Positions 58,991 through 64,000 of a stretch of DNA of 64,000 nt are shown one piece after another (the first letter of the stretch is position 1; each line of letters opens with the position of its first letter). The stretch is taken from positions 256,001 to 320,000 of the forward strand of contig CAWEQH010000001.1 of assembly GCA_963811165.1 (NCBI GenBank), given 5' to 3'. Under the pieces are notes generated by a model. The model worked only from the letters and a program-made list of their open reading frames with translations. It did not search any database and was not told the DNA's origin. This DNA comes from an uncultured Nitrospiraceae bacterium (GTDB lineage Bacteria > Nitrospirota > Thermodesulfovibrionia > Thermodesulfovibrionales > UBA6898). Made by a program: the position numbers and the translations under genes.

Positions 58991-61129
58991 TTGGGATACG
59001 AACTGACTCATAATACATACAAGGGAGTGTCCGAGGGAAGATATTATCCCCTGGGCGCCACCCTGGAGGAAGAGGGTGCCAACTTTGCTCTTTATTCCGC
59101 TCATGCCTCCGAGGTCTTCCTTCTCCTTTTCGACAGCCCCTCCGGGGAACCCACCGATATCATCAGGCTTGAAAATCGGACGAAATATATATGGCACGCC
59201 TTTGTCGGCGGGATCAGGCCGGGCCAATTATACGGATACAAGGTGAGAGGCGATTTTATCCCCGGCCAGGGTATGAGGTTCAATGAAAACAAGCTCCTTT
59301 TAGATCCTTATGCCAAGGCAGTTACCGCCAAGTTAAGGAACACGGATAACCTGCTCCTCTCATATGACCCGGCCTTCCCGGTTATGGACCTTTCGCTTGA
59401 CACGCGTGACAACACGCAGATGGCGCCCAAATCGATTGTGATAGACGACGGGTTTGACTGGCAGGACGACGTCTGTCCGGACAACCCTCTTGAAAAGCTT
59501 TTCATTTATGAAGTCCACCTGAAAGGTTTTACCGCCCATAGTTCTTCAGGGGTGATGCACCCCGGGACCTATCTCGGTTTTATCGAAAAGATTCCCTATC
59601 TGAAGGAATTAGGGATCAATGCGGTAGAGTTTCTCCCGGTCCAGGAGTTCTACGTCGAGGAGAGTCTGATCGAAAAAGGGCTGACGAATTACTGGGGTTA
59701 TAATACGGTAGGCTTTTTTGCTCCCGAATCTTCCTACTGTACGCAGGGCTATTACGGGTGTCAGGTCCAGGAGTTCAAGACCCTTGTGCGCGAACTCCAT
59801 AGGGCAGGCATCGAGGTGATACTGGATGTTGTTTACAGCCATACCGGCGAGGGAAATGAACTGGGACCTACGATATGCTTCAGGGGTGTGGACAATCCTA
59901 CTTACTATCTGCTCACAGGGCCACCTTCGGAACCACGCCGTTCTTATGTGAATTATACCGGAACCGGAAACAGCATCAATATCGCAAATACCCATGTGAT
60001 ACGGTTCGTCATGGACTCCTTGAGATATTGGGTCGAACAGATGCATGTGGACGGCTTCAGGTTCGATCTCGCATCGGTGCTCGGCCGTGAAGAGGGCATA
60101 TTCCACAAGTCCTCGGGTTTTTTTGACGCAATATCCCAGGACCCGGTTTTAAGCAGGGTAAAGCTGATCGCCGAGCCATGGGACCTCAGTACATATCAAG
60201 TGGGGAACTTTCCGATAGACTGGTCCGAGTGGAACGGAAGGTTCAGGGACACCATGAGGAAGCTCGGAAAAGGCGACGGCGGTCAGATACGAGACCTCGG
60301 CTGGAGGTTGACCGGCTCTGCCGACCTATATCGCGAGGATGGGCGGTCAGCCTACAATAGCATCAATTTTATCACGTGCCATGACGGTTTTACCCTGAAC
60401 GATCTTGTCTCTTACAATTACAAGCACAACGAGGCGAACCTCGAAGGCAACCAAGACGGAGTAAACGACAACAACTCATGGAACTGCGGCGTTGAAGGCG
60501 ATACGGACGATACGGACATTATAAGACTGAGGCGGAGGCTGATCAAAAACTTTGCCTGTTATCTCCTCTTTTCCTCCGGAACGCCGATGATCTTGGGCGG
60601 CGACGAGTTCATGCGGACCCAGAGGGGCAATAACAACGCCTATTGCCAGGACAACGAAATAAGTTGGTTCAACTGGTATCTTGTGCATGAGAACGCCGAT
60701 ATCTTCGGGTTTTTCAAAAAGGCAATCGCTTTTACCAAGCGATATACGATCCTCCAGAGAAGAAAATTTTTTTCGGGGAAGGACGAAGACGGCGACACGA
60801 TTCCCGATATCATCTGGTTTGGCAACGACCGTGGCAAGCCGAAATGGGACGATCCCGATCTGCGCACGCTCTGTTTTCAGCTCGACGGTGGAGAAGAATC
60901 GTCAGACCTCGGCGATTATCAGCTGTTTATCATATTGAACGCCGATTTCCGGGAGCAATATATAAAAATTCCGCTACTGAGCGGCGAGAAGCTATGGTAT
61001 CGGGTGATTGATACCAGTCTTAGGGGAGGAGACGATTTTCTCAGTGAAGGAGACGAGGTGTTTCTTGACCCTCAGGACCATTATATTGTCAGCCCAAGGA
61101 GTACGGTCGTGTTGCTCGGGAAGCGCTGA
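58991..61129 (+). CDS. glgX: Glycogen debranching enzyme/isoamylase
   Basis: YPLGAT, NYWGYNT, VDGFRFDLA, IAEPWD, CHDGFTL.DLVSY, Q.GNNNAYCQDN. Confidence 0.95.
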   Translation: MGYELTHNTYKGVSEGRYYPLGATLEEEGANFALYSAHASEVFLLLFDSPSGEPTDIIRLENRTKYIWHAFVGGIRPGQLYGYKVRGDFIPGQGMRFNENKLLLDPYAKAVTAKLRNTDNLLLSYDPAFPVMDLSLDTRDNTQMAPKSIVIDDGFDWQDDVCPDNPLEKLFIYEVHLKGFTAHSSSGVMHPGTYLGFIEKIPYLKELGINAVEFLPVQEFYVEESLIEKGLTNYWGYNTVGFFAPESSYCTQGYYGCQVQEFKTLVRELHRAGIEVILDVVYSHTGEGNELGPTICFRGVDNPTYYLLTGPPSEPRRSYVNYTGTGNSINIANTHVIRFVMDSLRYWVEQMHVDGFRFDLASVLGREEGIFHKSSGFFDAISQDPVLSRVKLIAEPWDLSTYQVGNFPIDWSEWNGRFRDTMRKLGKGDGGQIRDLGWRLTGSADLYREDGRSAYNSINFITCHDGFTLNDLVSYNYKHNEANLEGNQDGVNDNNSWNCGVEGDTDDTDIIRLRRRLIKNFACYLLFSSGTPMILGGDEFMRTQRGNNNAYCQDNEISWFNWYLVHENADIFGFFKKAIAFTKRYTILQRRKFFSGKDEDGDTIPDIIWFGNDRGKPKWDDPDLRTLCFQLDGGEESSDLGDYQLFIILNADFREQYIKIPLLSGEKLWYRVIDTSLRGGDDFLSEGDEVFLDPQDHYIVSPRSTVVLLGKR

Positions 61130-61239
61130 AACGGGTGTATTTTTGCATGCGATATAGTGCTCCGTCCGAACGGAGGATTATGGTGATTTGTTTGACATAG
61201 TCGCTAAAATCTTATAATCTATCAGGCGGCAAGAACATC

Positions 61240-61857
61240 ATGAAATTTTTTCCGAAAGAAATAGATTTTTTCGAGATTTTCGATAAGACCTCTTTGAACA
61301 TCACAAAGGCCGCTTCACATCTCGTCGACCTCATGGAAAACTTCGACAACCTTGAAGCCAGGGCGAAAGAGATCCACGAGGTCGAGCAAGACAGCGACAT
61401 GCTCACCCACGACATCATGAAAAAACTCAATAAGACCTTCATTACCCCGATCGACAGAGAAGACCTTTACGCACTTGCGTCGAGAATGGACGATGTCATA
61501 GATCTGATATGGGCTGTTGCCGACAGGATCGTCGTATTTAAGGTGAAGGAACCGATGCCGGAGGCGATTGTCATGGCGAAGGATATTCTTACGACTGCCG
61601 AGGTAATGCACAAGGCGGTCAAGAAACTCAAGGCAAAGAACTATGCCCACGTACAGGAATACTGCATCGAGATAAACAGGCTTGAAAACAAGGTAGACAG
61701 GGGTTTCAGGGATGCACTCGGGAAGCTGTTCGATGACGTCAAGGACCCTATCCTCATCATAAAATGGAAAGAGATATACGAGCACCTCGAAGACGCCTCC
61801 GACAGATGTGAGGATGTTGCAAACGTCCTGGAAGCCATAGTCCTCAAATATGCATGA
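61240..61857 (+). CDS. DUF47 (PhoU-like) Pit accessory protein
   Basis: TFITPIDRED, LEN..D, IKWKEIYE.LE...DRCEDVA; coupled to pit. Confidence 0.9.
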   Translation: MKFFPKEIDFFEIFDKTSLNITKAASHLVDLMENFDNLEARAKEIHEVEQDSDMLTHDIMKKLNKTFITPIDREDLYALASRMDDVIDLIWAVADRIVVFKVKEPMPEAIVMAKDILTTAEVMHKAVKKLKAKNYAHVQEYCIEINRLENKVDRGFRDALGKLFDDVKDPILIIKWKEIYEHLEDASDRCEDVANVLEAIVLKYA

Positions 61858-62842
61858 CACCTATATACTGCTTGTCTTAGTAGTAGTCCTCGCCACTATC
61901 TTCGACTTCATTAACGGCTTTCACGATACCGCAAACGCGATCGCTACGTCCGTATCTACGAGGGTGTTGTCGCCTAAGGTTGCGGTGGCGATGGCCGCTG
62001 TTCTGAATATGGTCGGGGCACTTACAGGCACGGCAGTCGCAAAAACGGTCGGCTCCGGCCTTGTAGAAGCCGCGGCCGTGACGCAGCTGACAGTGGTTTC
62101 CGCTCTCTTGGCAGCGATTATATGGGACCTTGTTACGTGGTATTACGGACTCCCCACATCTTCGAGTCATGCGATCCTCTCTGGCATCCTCGGGGCCGGA
62201 GTTGCGACCGCCGGGACGAAGATCATCATTCAGAAGGGAGTTTATAAGGTCTTCATAGGCTTGGTCGTATCGCCGATCATCGGGTTCATTCTGGGTTTTC
62301 TTCTTATGCTGTTTCTCATGTGGCTGTTCGGGAGATCGGCCCCCTCGGTTGTGAACTCTCTTTTTAAGAGACTGCAGATAGCTTCTGCGGCGTACATGGC
62401 CTTCAGCCATGGCAACAACGACGCGCAAAAAACAATGGGTATCATAACCCTCGCCCTGGTCAGTTATTACAAACTTCCCGCCTTCAACGTGCCGCTTTGG
62501 GTGATGATGCTTTGTGCCACGGCTATGGCCTTCGGTACCGCCCTTGGCGGATGGAGGGTGATCAAGACCCTCGGGATGAAGCTTGTCCATCTGCAGCCGA
62601 TTCATGGTTTTGCCGCCGAAGCCTCAGCGGCCACCGTTATCGAGGTGGCGTCCAGGATCGGACTCCCGCTGTCTACTACTCACATCATCTCCTCTACGAT
62701 TATGGGGGTGGGCGCGACCAAAAGGCTGTCTGCGGTGAGATGGGGAGTGGCCGGAAGGATCGTCATCGCCTGGGTCTTTACGCTGCCTGCTTGTGCGGTC
62801 CTGGCCTGGGTAATCTGTAAGACCGCACAACTTCTCATATAA
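61850..62842 (+). CDS. pit: PiT family inorganic phosphate transporter
   Basis: NGFHDTANAIAT, GLPTSSSHA, HGNNDAQK, PLSTTH. Confidence 0.93.
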   Translation: MHDTYILLVLVVVLATIFDFINGFHDTANAIATSVSTRVLSPKVAVAMAAVLNMVGALTGTAVAKTVGSGLVEAAAVTQLTVVSALLAAIIWDLVTWYYGLPTSSSHAILSGILGAGVATAGTKIIIQKGVYKVFIGLVVSPIIGFILGFLLMLFLMWLFGRSAPSVVNSLFKRLQIASAAYMAFSHGNNDAQKTMGIITLALVSYYKLPAFNVPLWVMMLCATAMAFGTALGGWRVIKTLGMKLVHLQPIHGFAAEASAATVIEVASRIGLPLSTTHIISSTIMGVGATKRLSAVRWGVAGRIVIAWVFTLPACAVLAWVICKTAQLLI

Positions 62843-62893
62843 AAAGGACGATAGTATTTGTTCTCTTCCTCCGTATCGTGGTATAAATAATCA

Positions 62894-63595
62894 ATGGCCG
62901 ATAAGCGGAAGATACTGGTTGTGGACGATGAGGTGGACCTCTTAGACCTGATCTCGTACAATCTTGAGAAGGACGGGTTCGAGGTCTCGACGGCCTCTGA
63001 CGGAGAGGAAGCGCTGTCGGAAATCCGGAAGACCCGCTACGACCTTGTGGTACTCGACCTCATGCTCCCGGGTATCCAGGGGATGGAGCTTTGCCGTATT
63101 CTAAGGGGCGATCCGAAGACGGATACGATCCCAATCATCATGCTTACCGCAAAAGGGGAAGAAGTAGACAGGATCCTTGGGCTTGAGATCGGTGCCGACG
63201 ACTACATCACAAAGCCTTTCAGTCCACGAGAACTCATAGCCCGCATCAGGGCGGTCTTGAGGAGGACCAGCGAAAAATTCCGGGAGGGAAAGGTTGTCAG
63301 GATAGGCGACCTTATCATTGACGCGGGAAATTACACGGTAACAAAGAAAGATGTCTCCGTGAACCTTAGCGCCACTGAATTCAGGCTTCTTCTCTTTCTT
63401 GTTGAAAGAAGGGGGAAAGTCTTCAGCCGCGAGCAGCTCCTCGATGCGGTATGGAAGGATGAGGCCTTTGTGGAACCCAGGACGGTAGATGTCCACATAA
63501 GAAGATTGAGGGCGCAGATAGAAGATGACCCTTCGGCCCCGGCGTATATAAAGACGAAGAGGGGTATCGGATACTACGTGGAGGCCGAATCTTGA
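62894..63595 (+). CDS. phoB: OmpR/PhoB family response regulator
   Basis: VVDDE, LDLMLPG, GADDYITKPFS, RTVDVHIRRLR; next to phosphate genes. Confidence 0.8.
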   Translation: MADKRKILVVDDEVDLLDLISYNLEKDGFEVSTASDGEEALSEIRKTRYDLVVLDLMLPGIQGMELCRILRGDPKTDTIPIIMLTAKGEEVDRILGLEIGADDYITKPFSPRELIARIRAVLRRTSEKFREGKVVRIGDLIIDAGNYTVTKKDVSVNLSATEFRLLLFLVERRGKVFSREQLLDAVWKDEAFVEPRTVDVHIRRLRAQIEDDPSAPAYIKTKRGIGYYVEAES

Positions 63596-64000
63596 GAAAA
63601 GGGGTCTTCAGACGAATCTTCCTTGTGTATGTGATCGTGCTTTTACTGGCGATGACTTTTGTCGAGATGTATATCACATCAGCCGTCAGGGGAAACTATA
63701 TCGACAATCTGAAGGAACGCCTCGCAGATACTATGAACCTTATCGCAAAGACGGTCCCCTTCGACAAGGCCGGCATCGATGATCTCTGCAGGGCGCTGAA
63801 GAAAGAGGTTGGGGCAAGGGTGACGGTTATACTGGCTGACGGGAAGGTCATCGGCGATTCCGACCATGATTCTGCCGATATGGAAAATCACTCAACCCGC
63901 ACCGAGGTGCAGCAGGCTGTCCTGCGCGGCATGGGCTCGACCATCAGGCATAGTGACACGCTGAATTATGATTTCCTGTATGTGGCAAAAAAGATCATGC
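63592..64000 (+). CDS. phoR: PhoR-like sensor histidine kinase (5' part, runs off the window)
   Basis: TTG overlaps the phoB stop; MRKGVFRRIFLVYVIVLLLA..RVTVILADGKVIGDS..MENHSTRTEV..RHSDTL. Confidence 0.75.
   Translation, partial: MRKGVFRRIFLVYVIVLLLAMTFVEMYITSAVRGNYIDNLKERLADTMNLIAKTVPFDKAGIDDLCRALKKEVGARVTVILADGKVIGDSDHDSADMENHSTRTEVQQAVLRGMGSTIRHSDTLNYDFLYVAKKIM

Noticed and set aside
61130..61240. Pho box upstream of DUF47-pit
   Set aside because: No clear 11-bp-spaced CTGTCAT-like direct repeats; only a sigma70-like TTGACA/TATAAT pair.

Overview
Chromosomal window from an anaerobic, sulfur-metabolising diderm bacterium. Gene content suggests Nitrospirota (Thermodesulfovibrionia) or Desulfobacterota, but this is inference only. 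Main blocks: (i) xdhC-mocA, mscS, truA, rdgB; (ii) a dissimilatory sulfate activation/reduction cluster sat-aprBA-qmoABC, followed by a CBS protein, a K+-independent membrane pyrophosphatase (hppA) and a YkgJ-type Cys-cluster protein, with highly structured intergenic regions; (iii) trpE/trpG, tRNA-Gly, tRNA-Cys; (iv) housekeeping genes proA-nadD-rsfS-rlmH-lapAB-like, tig-clpP-clpX, rpmB, infB-rbfA-nrnA-truB; (v) pilMNOPQ, then a ~6.5 kb cassette, then aroC-aroK-aroB; (vi) glgX, DUF47-pit-phoB-phoR (partial). The best candidate for an undescribed system is the cassette between pilQ and aroC. It encodes two Cys-Gly-rich lipoproteins (one with Ig-like repeats) and two paralogous lipoprotein subtilases, each ending in a GGGGGGCS-x-transmembrane-basic tail. 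These two subtilase genes flank a CPBP (CAAX/Abi) intramembrane glutamic protease, which is the layout of a dedicated C-terminal protein-sorting system. Several genes (qmoA, trpE, a ~617 aa conserved gene, both cassette lipoproteins) are broken by clustered 1-2 nt indels that look like sequencing or assembly errors. No CRISPR array, rRNA, transposase or integrase was seen.
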